64,000 nucleotides of DNA from Octopus bimaculoides (lineage: Eukaryota). Location: the NCBI RefSeq assembly GCF_001194135.2, contig NC_068982.1:123916297-123980296 (forward strand), in the 5' to 3' direction. This document shows positions 1 to 12,946 of this stretch, one piece after another. A program made the translations under genes and the position numbers. The notes below the pieces were generated by a model. The model worked only from the letters and a program-made list of their open reading frames with translations. It was not told the DNA's origin and searched no databases. Each line of letters opens with the position of its first letter. Position 1 is the first letter of the stretch.

Positions 1-120
1 TTGTGGTAGCTTGTTCCACGGGGCTGCAATACAGACGGAGAATGCGGCTTCCCGCCTGTTGAGTTGGAAGTGTCGGGGATAGAGTTTGCGATCATGCCCA
101 CGAAAACCTCTATCCATTGA
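1..120 (-). mobile_element. CR1-type LINE, 3' ORF2 fragment
   Basis: Minus strand reads RGHDRKLYPRHFQLNRREAAFSVCIAAPWNKLPQ, matching the GH..KL...F(F)S.R....WN.LP C-terminal signature of CR1-group ORF2. Confidence 0.75.
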
Positions 121-411
121 TAATCGCATATATTTGTTATTATCCAACTATTAGCTATTGCTACATAGAATATTCTGAATCACCTTTCCCTAATGATTTT
201 TCAATTTTCACATGGATGTAGTGAATAAAGCTTACATAACAGCAAACCCAAGAGTTTTATAGTCTACAAAATGTAGCCTTTAACATGTTTAATATATTCG
301 TGAATAATAAGTTAGCCTAAGATGCACAAGGTCATGTAAAAAAAGTTAATCTTTTCTCTTTTACTTTTTTTTTTACTTATAAAAAATTCTTGGTTTTATT
401 CTTTCCTCTAG

Positions 412-699
412 TTCCACCAAAAATCGATCGCACTGATATCCATACTAAGTTGAAAATAATAAAAGGTCATTCTGTAACTATCAGTTGTCCAGTGACAGGC
501 ATTCCAATGCCTGAAATCAAATGGCTAAAAGATCATGAAGATTTTATTCCAGATCCACTTGATCTGCGTGTATTAATTCTTTCAAAAGGAATGCAAATAA
601 AGATAAGCAATGCAAGTGAAACTGATAGTGCTTATTACTCTTGTATAGCAGAAAATCCATCTGGATCGGACCTGGAGCATTTTGATCTGGATGTACTTG
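412..699 (+). CDS. HMCN1: Hemicentin exon, one full Ig domain (VPPKIDRT...HFDLDVL)
   Basis: ctttcctctag acceptor, G|gtaaat donor, 288 nt, phase 1-1, CPVTGIPMPEIKW and DSAYYSC motifs. Confidence 0.95.
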
Positions 700-863
700 G
701 TAAATATACTTACAATACATAACCATCTAATAGTTTAACATTTTTCTTTTTCAAATGAAAATGGCAATATTTTGTTTTTGTATTTGGTTTGCAAGATTCT
801 TGATATGAACTCATATAGCAAACTTTGTTACATCTCAAGAACCAGTGCATGTATTTATAATAC

Positions 864-1174
864 ATGCACTAGTTCTATATTCATTTCTTTATTTTTATAA
901 GTCAGTTGATTAACCATTTAACTAATTGATTGTTTTGACTAATCATTTGGTCAATCAATCAGCTAGATTTGTCAAAGTCCTTTCATAACCTCTGCAAGTG
1001 TAGAGAGGGTATGTTGTTGATGAGGTTGCAAATGGCAACAAAAGAACTTTGACAGACCTAGTTGATTGATTGATTGATTAACTGAATGGTTAATCAGACA
1101 ACTGAGTATTTAATTGGTTAAACAGTTAACCAATTGACAAGTGAAAATAAAGAAGTGAAATGGAACCAGTGCAT
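864..1174. mobile_element. Foldback/MITE-like element with long imperfect inverted arms
   Basis: atgcactagttc...gtcaaagtcc is mirrored by gaactttgac...gaaccagtgcat; related copy at about 55735-56045 with similar flanks (ttgtatttggtttgcaagattctt, also seen near 18500). Confidence 0.7.
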
Positions 1175-1639
1175 ATGTTTATTTTTCTCAAAATAACCCT
1201 TTCAAGACACAATAAGACAGTAGTTTCATATAAATATAGTATTGGTTACTTAAAATTCTTTCAAAAATAAAAAAAAATACCAGAAGGGTTTTTTTTTTTT
1301 AATTTTAATTTGTAATTGAATCTACTATCTCTTGAACTACTCTTTGGGTGTTCTACCAACTCAGCTATTTTGTCAAAGTTTAGGAAACACTCTTTTCCAA
1401 TGAAAACATAAACTAAAAAGATAGCATCAAAATTTTTCTTCTTTGATTTTCCTTTATTTCTTCATTCAGATCTTCTAAATTCAGATGTAAATGTTAAAAT
1501 CAGTGTAACCCAATCCTTAATGTATGCTACTAACATTACACTTTGCATTACATTTGGATTAAATGTTAAGCAATTGATTGTATATAACTGTTTTTGTTCG
1601 TATGTCATTTTCTATAACAACTAACTTCTCTCTTTGTAG

Positions 1640-1921
1640 TTCCACCCAGTATTGATGAATCAAATATAGTTTACCATCCCAGAGTAGTTCTAAACAGAAC
1701 TTTAATCTTAGAATGTCCAGTTTCTGGTGTTCCAAAACCATCCATTAAATGGATGTTTAATTCAATTCCATTTGAATACATTCCAAATGGTGTTCAACTC
1801 AAACATGAAGCAAGGATGTTGATGATCACTCATACAAAACCTAGCCATGCTGGAAAGTATAGCTGTGTGGCCAAAAATGATGCAGGAGAACTTCAGAGAA
1901 ACTTTGATCTGGAAGTGTTTG
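1640..1921 (+). CDS. HMCN1: Hemicentin exon, one full Ig domain (VPPSIDESNIVYHPRVV...NFDLEVF); not in ORF track
   Basis: tctttgtag acceptor, G|gtaagt donor, 282 nt, phase 1-1, translated by hand: ECPVSGVPKPSIKW...HAGKYSCVAKNDAG. Confidence 0.95.
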
Positions 1922-1951
1922 GTAAGTAAAATTTAATTAGAAAAATTAATT

Positions 1952-2330
1952 TTAATCCTTTAGCATTCAGATTATCTCTCAAATGTATTGCTTATTTATC
2001 TACATAAAAAAAAATTAATTATGTAGCTTAGAGATTTCGAAGCTGTAATAGTCTATGTTATGTCTCAAGCTACTGCTATCTAGCACCTTCGGATGATCTC
2101 TACTCAACCGCTACACAACTGCTACTCGACTGCTACTCAACACACCTACCATGGCCAGACTACCCCTATTTATATGTCTTGGGAGACCCTACTTCTTCGC
2201 CTGGGGGCGTCGACACAACAGTTTATTTTTAGAATGATATTGTAGGGTAGGTGTGAGATGTTGGATCTAGTAAGTTTGAACATAAAACAAGTAGAATATT
2301 TGGGCCAGATATGGCCAGTTTAAATTCTAT
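1952..2330. mobile_element. TTAA-ended MITE-like repeat, apparently interrupted by another insert (about 2010-2220)
   Basis: Left end ttaatcctttagcattcagat is the reverse complement of atctgaatgctaaagggttaa at 16383-16403. Confidence 0.5.
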
Positions 2331-2459
2331 TTTATGCTTGTAATACTCTGTAGCCAATTGTTACTTTTGTGTTGGGTTTTAGAAAGGATCCAATTACAGA
2401 ATTCCATTCTCTGGTCTTTGTCATTGTCATTAACTCCTGAACTAAATGAATTTTATACG

Positions 2460-2810
2460 GATGAAAAGCAAGCATTTTTAAAAGACGCTGAACTGAACGC
2501 CTGCTGACACCAGTTTCTTGAGATATTTTCTTGATTTTATTGGGTACTATTGAATATTAGTTAGTACAGTCGTTGCAATAATTTCATCTGTTACTGTTCT
2601 TGGTCCACCACCACATTCTCAATCGTGGACACTTCCTGTTTCTTCAAATTTTTTAACAATCTTCCAAATGTTGATTCATCAATAGGCATCCTTTTGGGAT
2701 GAAGGATATTAAACTGCAGTGCAACTGATCAATTAGAGCTTCCAACTGTACTGCACAAAAGGTTAACTTCAACACATTCCTTTATTGACAACATCTCTGA
2801 CATGATTCTA
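2460..2810 (-). mobile_element. Decayed Tc1/mariner N-terminal (DUF4817-like HTH) fragment
   Basis: Minus strand: SVALQFNILHPKRMPIDEST.../frameshifted KIVKKFEETGSVHD, typical of the HTH region of such transposases. Confidence 0.55.
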
Positions 2811-2952
2811 AAATAAAAAAATAATCATTTTATGAACATTTATCACATTTACTTACAAAAGATAACAAATATGAAGATGTTATGGCAAAGTGTTAGTTTA
2901 CTGATGCTTGAGTTTTGTACCACCCTATATATATTTGTAACTATGAACACAA

Positions 2953-2994
<42 letters not shown>

Positions 2995-3837
2995 AGCTTT
3001 GCTCTGAACTCCTTATTAGTATGTCTCTTGTACTTACACTTGGTTTTGAATATACTCGAGGAATATTTACCAAACTGAATGCAATAGATTCTTCATGGGT
3101 TTCATAAATGTTCTCCACTCAATTTTCCAAATGTACTATTTCTTTCCAAGCCACTTATTTTTATATTGTTTATTGATAATGGAAAGGCTGGTGCAATGAA
3201 TTAAAATATGAAATAAAATCTTAATCATTAAAAGCTACAAAATTTGTTTAACACAACTGGTTTTAATTTGTAATGTCAAACAACTGTTGGATTTGTTTTC
3301 ACATGACATGTGGCATCAAAGCAATGAGAAGTCAAGTTGAAGCTTTATTTGATTAGAAATATATAGCTGTTTCTTTTAAATTCTCTTAAAAGTTTAAAAC
3401 AACTTATATGTCTGAATAATTCAACTCAGTGATTTGTTGCTGTTGTTTTTTTAAATGTCTTCATTTTTCATGCCTACTTGTACATGTATATCCTGTTTTA
3501 TCCTGTTAGTGATTGATTTTTTACTGCTACAATTAGTGTAGTGAAGCATAGTCTTCACTGAGGAGGTCCAATAAGACTTAACTATGTCAAGAGTTGTCCC
3601 CCATATTTGCTAAAAGGATTAATTTGATATTAACCATTGAGCTACAATTGTCTAAAGTTAATTATTTCTAATTAGATATTTAAGGTTTACTACATTAAAT
3701 TTGCCAACACTAACATAATTAAATAAGAAAGAATATGAAACATTTTTTTTAAATGCTAAAAATTTCCAAACTATAAAAATTATTTGATGAATATTTCTTC
3801 CAGAATTAATAATTATTCACCTTGTCATCAATTTCAG

Positions 3838-4122
3838 TACCCCCAACTATACTTCAGAATGGCCTTACAAAAGAGTTTAAGACGCTCCAAAATGCAACTG
3901 TACAATTTGAATGTCCAGTACAAGGAACACCAACTCCTGAAATCATGTGGTCAAAAAATCGTACACCAATTTTAGATTCTCCCTATAAGAACTTACAAGT
4001 TTCAAGCAATGGTCGCAGATTAAGAATTAGCAATATCAAAATTGATGATGCTTCAACATATACTTGTACAGCCACAAATATAGCTGGTCAAGCAAAAGAA
4101 CAGTATATTCTTCAAGTACATG
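3838..4122 (+). CDS. HMCN1: Hemicentin exon, one full Ig domain (VPPTILQNG...YILQVH)
   Basis: atttcag acceptor, G|gtaaga donor, 285 nt, phase 1-1. Confidence 0.95.
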
Positions 4123-4339
4123 GTAAGATAATTTCTATTCTAACATGACTTATCTTTATAAAATATTTTCATGCTTAAGTGTTTGTTTGTTTATTCTTTT
4201 CATAATTATAACTATTTTAGTTATTTTATATTAGTAACACAAACACAGATGTTTTATTTAACCCTTCACTAACATCTATGTTCAATTATTTCTTTTAACA
4301 GGCTTTTATTCATCAAATATTTAACCCTACTCTTGATGA

Positions 4340-4375
<36 letters not shown>

Positions 4376-4387
4376 GTTATAGTTTAT

Positions 4388-4771
4388 CTTTTACCTGTTT
4401 CAGTCATTGGACTGTGGCCATGCTGGAGCACTGCTTTGAAGGATTTCAGTTGAACATATTTATCTCAGTGTTTATTTCTTAAAGACTGATACTTATTTTA
4501 TTGAGTTTTTTTTTGCTGAACTGCTAAGTTATGAGGATGTAAACAAATGAACCCCAGTTGTGAAGTGGTTGGGAAGAGACATATGCAGACACAAAACTCA
4601 TTCACACATATATACAACAGGCTTTCACACAATTTCCGATAACCAAATTCACTCACAAAGGACTAGTTGGCCCATGGCTTTAGTTGAAGGCACTTACCTG
4701 AAATGCTACATAGTGAGACGGAACCTGAACTCACATAGTTGCCAAGTGAACTTCTTAATCACACAGCCATG
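4388..4771 (-). mobile_element. tRNA-headed SINE, family A
   Basis: Reverse complement of the 7316-7705 copy. Confidence 0.8.
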
Positions 4772-4991
4772 TCTTTTGAATAGTTAAACCATGTGATTTA
4801 CTCAGGGATAAAATCATTTATTGTATTGATGGTTTGTCAACCATGCCCTTCCATCCTAGTCCTAATTTTTTTCCTTTTTGACTTTATACCTTTTACTATT
4901 TTTTATTTTGTTTGGTGCAAGTCCTCTAATACGGAAAATAGTTACCTTTTTACATTTTTTTATTTTCTTACCCCTATTGTATTTTCTTCTG

Positions 4992-5029
<38 letters not shown>

Positions 5030-5194
5030 TTTGCTTTTGTTCCTTTACATAGCATTGCAAATCTGTAATTTATTTTTACACAGAGAACCACCTCAGGATT
5101 GCTGCAGCAAAAGCAATCTGCTTAAGGGATTCATAACACTGAAATAAAAATGACCTGGATAGGATATAGAAAAAAAGGATAAAGATCCTTGCTG

Positions 5195-5410
5195 AATGAT
5201 ATAGACTCATAGGGCTGGTTTCCTGGTTTCCATGGCATATATATTCTCCACCTGGATAGGATGCCAGTCTGTCACAGGATTACTCATTTTTACTATCTGA
5301 GTGGACTGGAGCAATATGAAATGAAGTGCTTTGCTCAAAGAACACAATGCATCACCTGGTCCAGGAACTGAAACCACAATCTTACAATCATGAGTCCAAC
5401 ACCTTCACAC
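5195..5410 (-). mobile_element. SINE, family C (copies also at about 14490-14735 and 42085-42232)
   Basis: Shared core ggactggagcaatatgaaatgaagtgctttgctcaa...ccaggaattgaaacc; B-box-like GGTTCAATTCC on the minus strand. Confidence 0.7.
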
Positions 5411-6859
5411 CTTTCTGATTGTATACCATCTCAACTCATCCATCTCTCCTCTTCCTACCACCAATATTATATCCACTCTCAATCCTCAGGCTTTAACCCT
5501 ATTTCCAGTTCTTTTTCTTCAGAATGTTGTCTCTGTGGAAATTTCTCTTGACTCTTGTTTTTCCTGCAGCTACCAACTTGCAACTATTCAAGAAGAACAT
5601 TAACCATGGAACTTCACCAATCTTAGAGGCTAGGAATAGCCAGGTGCAAAGCCCCTAACCCTAATTCAAACCAAAAGTAACACTAAAATATAATAAAATC
5701 CAAAGCATACTGATTCTGCTGACACAAAAACCAAAATACTTGATATTCTGAACTATCTGCATCTATTAGCATCCTCACTTATCCATGTCCCTAGCTGATA
5801 CACCATCTCCCTGAATGCTCTTGCTATCCTCTGGACACAATCTTTTACCCTGCCATCGTTGCCTCTTCCTCTATCAAATCATATGAAGCAATCCACACTT
5901 CTTTACTCCATCACACAACAACCACTAAATCCAGAACTCTCCAAGATGCTAAGTCAGTTTGCAAAGTCTTAAGAACAAGCTACAACCACCAACTAACCAA
6001 TACACGGCTTCATCTCTGTGTCTCTTCTGCTACTGAAAAAACTAGCAAGATTCATATCACTTCTGTCTTAACAACTGCTCCTTGGAATTTCTTACCTTTA
6101 AACATTTCCCCAACAACCAATCATCAAAAGAAGTTAAAGTTTAACATCATTTACATTAACTTCACCAGTTTGAGAGTTCCTGCAAATGTCCTAGGCATTA
6201 CCAGTCTTTTTTCTAAATATAAAAAAGCTATATGGGGGATATCACTGCTACTTAACATTTGTTCATGCAAGTCTTTGTTTATACTGCTTTGATTTTTTCT
6301 ATTATTATTAGGCAAAACTTGATGACATTAATTAATATCAAGTGTTTCAGTTCATTAATTCCATCTAGTAGTTAAAAGTTCAACTACACATCCAGCAAAA
6401 TCTCATTCATTTCTTTCATTTCAGATGGTCAACATTCACTGTCCAGTTTGCACTGCTATTTAGGAATAATCTCATGCCACGTCAATCAGAAACAGTTTGA
6501 GCATAAAAGAAACTTCTTTATAATCAATCAGAACATAACCTTTGATTTTCACTTGTTCATTAAAGTCTATAGCCATGCTATCTTAATGATCGCTACCACC
6601 TACATCATTAAGTTACAGACAGTTTGATTTTACTGTTCTTTGTATCAATATTCATAAAATATAAAGAAACACTGTTAGTGTGTCTGAGATGCTAAGTTGC
6701 TAACATGCTACTTCACCTAGTGTGCACCTACCTCCTGCACTATCCACAAAATATTGAATGATCACCGACTATTTTACACACTGATCAATATCATTTGCTT
6801 GATGATTTTGATCTGTGGAGGTCCTGCTATCTAATGAGCCAAATCTATGCTAAGTCCCT

Positions 6860-7110
6860 TTGATTCAAATACTTTCTTTCAGGTTTTGAACCTTACCATT
6901 CATTGTGCTATGAAAATCTGGTCATCTTCATATAGAAGTTCCCAAGAGGACATATCCTCCTTTTAGAGCTACTGCAATGAAAAACTGAAAGCTGAGAATA
7001 GACTGGTAAACACTTACCTGGACTTCTAATTCCTCACTATATGCACTCTGTATCTAGTATTCTCATAGAAACCTCCTCATAGCCTATCAATTTGTGGCTT
7101 GAGAAACTGA
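6860..7110 (-). mobile_element. Decayed RTE-clade LINE reverse transcriptase fragment
   Basis: Minus strand YSEELEVQVSVYQ (cf. FEVQVGVHQGS) followed by WELLYEDD (cf. PWELLYADD). Confidence 0.7.
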
Positions 7111-7315
7111 CTTTTTTTAGATAGACAAATTTAAAAGAAATGGTATATGTATGACGAAAATTTGAAAGTTTTCTAGAATTATGGCAATTTATTTGGGTCT
7201 TGCTAAATGAAGTAAAATCCATTTTAGCAGTTACAAATTAAATGAGATCAACTTCTTTAAATAGAATAAATAACATAAATATATATATATACATATATAT
7301 ATATACATAGACGAA

Positions 7316-7705
7316 GGAGTGGCTGTGTGGTAAGTAGCTTGCTTACCAACCACATGGTCCCGGGTTCAGTCCCACTGCATGGCATCTTGGGCAAGTGTCT
7401 TCTACTATAGCCTCGGGCCGACCAAAGCCTTGTGAGTGGATTTGGTAGACGGAAACTGAAAGAAGCTCGTCGTATATATGTATATATATATATATGTGTG
7501 TATGTGTTTGTGTGTCTGTCCCCCAATATCGCTTGACAACCGATGCTGGTATGTTTTATGTCCCTGTAACTTAGCGGTTCGGCAATAGAGATCGATAGAA
7601 TAAGTACTAGGCTTCTAAAGAATAAGTCCTGGGATCGATTTGCTCGACTAAAGGCGGTGCTCCAGCATGGCCACAGTCAAAAAGACTGAAACAAGTAAAA
7701 AAAAA
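7316..7705 (+). mobile_element. tRNA-headed SINE, family A, near full length
   Basis: A box TGGCTGTGTGG, B box GGTTCAGTCC, internal (TA)/(TG) microsatellite, 3' ...catggccacagtcaaa(t)gactgaaacaagtaaaa; many copies in the window. Confidence 0.85.
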
Positions 7706-7715
7706 AAATAATATG

Positions 7716-8150
7716 TACAGGGTTATTCAAAAAGAACGAGCAGATTTTAAATTTATTTTTAAAACAAATGGTAAGAGACACAAACACATTGTACATATTT
7801 CTTGATAGGGGAAGGTTTAAAGTTTATTTTAAGGTAGTATGCACTCGAATTGAGTACCATGAGCACCAGTGCATTTTCCTTTATAAATGCAACCTTTTTC
7901 TGTGAAATTTCTATGCCATTCGTAAATTTGCTTCTGGCGAGGTGGATTTTTATTGAATTGGCAGTGAAATCCATGTTGCACTTGCACAATTGATTCACAT
8001 TTCTCAAACTTGAACTTAATAATGAGAATATTGCTTTTTTTTTTTTTTGCTAAGTCAGAGCAAGAAGATTGAAGCAATTTGAAAATAACACTGTAATGTG
8101 TTATCAAACCTGGTGGAATGAAATACAATACTAATCCAAATTTTCAGATA
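7716..8150 (-). mobile_element. Tc1/mariner fragment (DUF4817-like HTH) with one TIR
   Basis: SIVQVQHGFHCQFNKNPPRQKQIYEWHRNFTEKGCIYKGK in the ORF track; tacagggttattcaaaaag terminus at 7716. Confidence 0.65.
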
Positions 8151-8599
8151 CCTTAATTTTTTTTCCACTGATTCATAATAATATATTTGCAGCTGTAATT
8201 AGAGAAAACCTGTTATAACAGAGATCAGTATTACCTCCTTGCTACAGAAAATGTAAAAGTATCATGACACATTGGGGTGGAGATAAAACAGTATTGTCAT
8301 TTTGTCAGCAAAGACACAGAACAAGGCATAATACTTGGGCTGTGAATTATGTATAATAGACTGGCTAAGAAATGTGAACTTCAGGGTGTTTTAATGTGCT
8401 GTAAAAGAAAATGAATATGCTTTAAACCTCTTGCAAGAAGTGATGATAAAATATTAAATAAACAAGTAAAAATTAGAGATGCCTAAGTCAAAATTCCAGT
8501 AATAAAAATTCCAATAATAAAAATGATATTGTTGAAAAATCTAGAAGTGATGGAAAAAGAGGGCAACGAAAATCCAGAAACAAAAACTACGAAACTTAA

Positions 8600-8812
8600 G
8601 CCAACAAGTGAAGCTCTATGTGATCACCCAGCCAGCAAGAAATAGCAGCCAAATTTCCCACAAATCACATCATACTATCTTAAAAAGAGAAGGATACATT
8701 GGACAGTGTAGTTCCTGATATAGAAAATGGCAGGATGGTCATGGTTGGAATGCTTTTGAACATAAGTCTGCTTTATCTGGTTTGATCTGGGTCTAAGCAA
8801 CAACAGCAACAT
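8600..8812 (+). mobile_element. Interspersed repeat with (AAC)n tail (second copy about 58790-59060)
   Basis: Both copies share ccagcaagaaatagcagccaaatttccc...ggatggtcatggttggaatgcttttga...aacaacagcaac. Confidence 0.6.
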
Positions 8813-9373
8813 CTTTAATTAGATCAGAACGACAGCAAATAAAAGGAATATACCAACATTATTTATGTATATTTCTTGATTTTCTGATAAACCTTATTTC
8901 CAAATGAAATATTTCTTTATTATTAGTATGTCATTAAAAACATCAATGTGACACTTAGAATAAAAAAGAACCCATAAGATATACAAAATTTACATCGAGC
9001 ATCCTCATTAGAACATCTTTTATTTGTAGCTATTTCAAAACCCGAAAAAGAAAAGGTTTTGTAAGTGTCCAGTTATACAGGATGGAGTGTATATTCAAAT
9101 TTAAAACATATTGATGCTTTTTATATGAAAAAAAATATTCAGTTTTGGGTGCACCAGAGCTGTGGTAAGTTCTAACAGACTGAATATATTATCTAGATTG
9201 TTATTTTCTTTGTATCGACAACACAATTTTCAATTTTCTCTTTATAAACTGCCTAAGAAACAAATCCTTATGTATCCTGCTGCTATTTTAAAGCAGCATT
9301 TCCCATTTCTGAAAATTTAAGTGTTTTATCTTTAAAATATGTTATTTAATTGTCATGTTATTCTAACCAACAG

Positions 9374-9664
9374 TCCCACCAAAAATTCGAGATGATAATA
9401 TCCAAGAAAAAGTTGAAGCCAATAAATCTAAACCACTGTTGCTAGAATGTGTCACTTCTGGTGTTCCTTCTCCAAATGTTATTTGGTTTAAAAATAATGA
9501 ATTGATAGACTTCGAAGAAAAGTCCAATATGCGAGCTATTCAAATTGAAAATAAATGGCAATTACAAGCTATTTGGACTGAACCAGAAGATACTGGACGA
9601 TATTCTTGCCAAGCCTCAAATCCAGCTGGAGATGCAATTAAGCACTTTGATGTCAGTATACATG
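9374..9664 (+). CDS. HMCN1: Hemicentin exon, one full Ig domain (VPPKIRDDNIQ...HFDVSIH)
   Basis: ttctaaccaacag acceptor, G|gtaaga donor, 291 nt, phase 1-1. Confidence 0.95.
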
Positions 9665-9789
9665 GTAAGAAATCTATGAATTTTATATATTTTTTTCCGG
9701 TATTTCTAAAGTTTTGTATTTGAGATCCTGAGATAATTACTGAAAGAGTATGATTATAAATACAAGCGACCCAAATGGGTGGGGGTAGC

Positions 9790-10090
9790 TCAGAGATCAG
9801 GGAATCTTTCCAAGTTGAGTTACTATTTCTCTACGTTGAGAGATCACAGCTCTATTACTATGGACATGTGATTAGAATGTTGGAGGAAAGAATTGCAAGA
9901 GGGATTCTTCAAGCTAAGGCAACCACCAGGAGGCCTAAAGGTAGACCAAGAAGAACAACATTCAGAGTCTCAGTTGGTGATGCTCAGGAATCCATCCAGA
10001 AAGTTTAATGATAGCTGCTTCTGATAGGGTGGGCCCTATGGAGGAGATGCTTGAGGACTCTACCCCAACTACCCTACCAGGGTGAAGAAA
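9790..10090 (+). mobile_element. RTE-clade LINE 3' fragment
   Basis: ERSQLYYYGHVIRMLEERIARGIL...RPKGRPRRT is the RTE ORF2 C-terminal signature. Confidence 0.75.
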
Positions 10091-11534
10091 ATGAATGGAT
10101 AGATAGATAAATAGATATATTTAAGGAAATTTGAAAATTCTTGATAAAAATTGATATTTTATTTGTTAATTAAGTGGATCAGAAAATTAGAGTATTAAAG
10201 AAATACTTAATCCAATGTATAATGAGTTGAACAAGTTCCCTTGAATTTATATCTTTCATAAATGGTACCTTCATTGGCACCGTAAATGGTGAATTATTTA
10301 GAAATATTGCTCCAATTTTGTTGTTCTGCAATCAAGGAAGATAGCAGATGTTACTGACACTGTTGATAAAAAGTCAGTATTCTGAATTTATATCAGTGAT
10401 GTCTATCTTCATGATGTTGATGATGATGATGTAGGCAATTGTTATCTCTTCTCTCAATCCATTTTCAAGTTTGTTTCCTAAATATGAGCAAGTGGGCCAA
10501 TATGTTTTGATGGCTGAAATCATCAGAATAGTAGCTTGGCACATGCTTCACAAAAGTTGAAGAACTGAGTACAGCTTTGTTCTATTTTGCTTTGTATTTC
10601 AGTATTTTTCTATATTTTATCTTGTATAAATTTTAAGGAAACAGAATTGTTGTGTCTTAAGACATTTGAAATTGGGATTTAGAGGTTAAAAGCAACTGCA
10701 TTTCATATCAGTAACCAGTCAACTACAAAATAGAAATGGATGCTGTTTATCAGACAGACTATAACAGTTTTTATGCTTTACTAATGAGCTGTATCTTAAC
10801 CTTCTGGTAACCACATCTATAATGAAGTATACTGTTCGGTTAATTTTATTTCAGTCAATTATTTTGAAGGTTTATAGTAAAACAAATAACAAATTTCATC
10901 ATTATTAAAGAATTCTTTGGAATACAGCTCAACACAAAAGTTTTACATAAAGTTACAATTGAAGGTTTTAATCTAAATATAAATACTATAAAATTAAAGG
11001 TTTTAGTATTAAAAAGGTGGTTTGATGTAAAAAGGATTAATTTCACAGTTGTATTTCAATATCTTACTTTAATGTAGTAATAATTTGTAACATTTGACAA
11101 TGAATTTTAACAAAATTTATTATGTTAAAAGGAAGGTATAAATGAAAATAGATACATGTTTTCAAAATTATGTGTGCATTTTATGTTTCTATATTTATAT
11201 GTGGGAACTAGAATACACATTGAATATGTTTATGAGTTCCATATTTTCCAGCATACAAGTTGAATTTTTCAGGCCAAAATTTACAGCAAAAGAAGTTGAC
11301 TTATTCACCAAAACGACTTTGAAGAACCAAAAATTCCATGTGAAATGCATCAGGATTTGTAAAGATAACGATGATGTTTGAATGTTTACACTACATGTTT
11401 ACATCAACTTGTATGCTGTAAAATACAGTATATACATATATATAAGTGTGCATGTATATGTGTATATAAAAGTTATTTGTGGGCATTAAATTGAAACATT
11501 TATATAATTATGACCAATTATATTTTCTTGCTAG

Positions 11535-11816
11535 TGCCACCAAAGCTAGAAAACCCTCGACTAGAAAAGATGGAAATTATGAATAAAAAATCTATAACAC
11601 TATCTTGCAAAGTGTCAGGTATTCCAAAACCGACCATTACTTGGTACAGAAATGACATGATTATTCCTGCCTTTGGAAATTCCAAAAAAAGAATCTTAAA
11701 TCAAGGACGAGAACTTATGCTTACCAATATAAATATGGATGACTCTGGCCAATATATGTGCGAAGCTACAAATGTTGCTGGAAAGGTTCAAAAACCATTT
11801 ATTATTACAGTGTTTG
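11535..11816 (+). CDS. HMCN1: Hemicentin exon, one full Ig domain (VPPKLENP...FIITVF)
   Basis: ttttcttgctag acceptor, G|gtgagt donor, 282 nt, phase 1-1. Confidence 0.95.
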
Positions 11817-12670
11817 GTGAGTTTGTTTTTACCTGTATTTTTAAATCAGTCTTATACTTTCTAAACAACAGGATTTTTTAAAGTATATTTGACACCTAAA
11901 TGTGGCTAACCCTTAAGGATTGATACTTCTTTTTTTTTTTGTGGGAAATATACTTCACGATGTCATGCAGCTACTGTTTATACCTCGCTCAGAGATTTAT
12001 TATTGAGGATTTTTGGGGTTCTTTTTAAAATAATTTTTTTTAAATATTAACTTTTATTAGTACTATAATAGTTCATACGAATAGGTTAATAAGTTTGCTT
12101 CACATGTATTAGGTCTTTGGTTCAATTCCAATGTTGGATTAGGAGCTGATAATCCAGTTGATCAAACAACTGAATACTCATTGCCTGGAGATCCACCTGA
12201 AGAAATTATGGAATATGATGAAAGAATTAGATATTTCAAAGTAAAATTCCATTAGACATTATAAATACCATTTTGAGAGAGACCAACTGACTATACTTGA
12301 GTCATGGTGTTGTGACATTTCATGTGAGCACGCAGTTGACTGTGGGTGCATGCAACTGACAATGATCAAAAAGGCAGAAATGCATTTAGCATTCTTACCA
12401 TCCACTGCAAGGATGACTTTTGTCTACCTCCAATATACATTGTGTTTTTTTAAAACACAGCATGTCCATGAAAGATATTATCTCCAGACAAATACTGCAG
12501 TAAATTTGCTTTTTGCTATGTATTTACATTAAGTATGTTACACAGATGGCTATTGAGGAATCATTGATGGCTTTCCTGTCATTAACCTTTACCATTTTAA
12601 AATTAAGTTGTAACATTCATCACACAGATTTTGATTTCTAATCCTTATTTCTTTCTTCTCTTTCATGCAG

Positions 12671-12946
12671 TTCCACCCAAAATTGAAGGTTCTGGCTCAA
12701 CTAACATTGCTGCAACTGTCGACTCCCGAACTTTGTTAATGTGCGATACATTTGGCATTCCAACACCTTCAATTCAATGGGAGAAGAATGATCATGATTT
12801 TCCCAAAGCCGGTGCACATTATCGCATGCAACATACTGGCACTTTGGAGTTTGTACAAGTGAAAATAAATGATTCTGGAAAATACAAGTGTATTGTGTCA
12901 AACAAGGCTGGAAATGCAACAAAGGAATATAAACTTAGTGTCCAAG
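12671..12946 (+). CDS. HMCN1: Hemicentin exon, one full Ig domain (VPPKIEGSG...YKLSVQ)
   Basis: tttcatgcag acceptor, G|gtaagg donor, 276 nt, phase 1-1. Confidence 0.95.

Noticed and set aside
6893-7110. Apparent minus-strand exons with strong CAG|GTAAGT and TG|GTAAGG donors
   Set aside because: The sequence is a decayed RTE reverse transcriptase (QVSVYQ, WELLYEDD); the donor is part of the RT codons
7316-7390. tRNA-like A and B boxes
   Set aside because: They are heads of multi-copy SINEs; no complete cloverleaf or anticodon arm can be built
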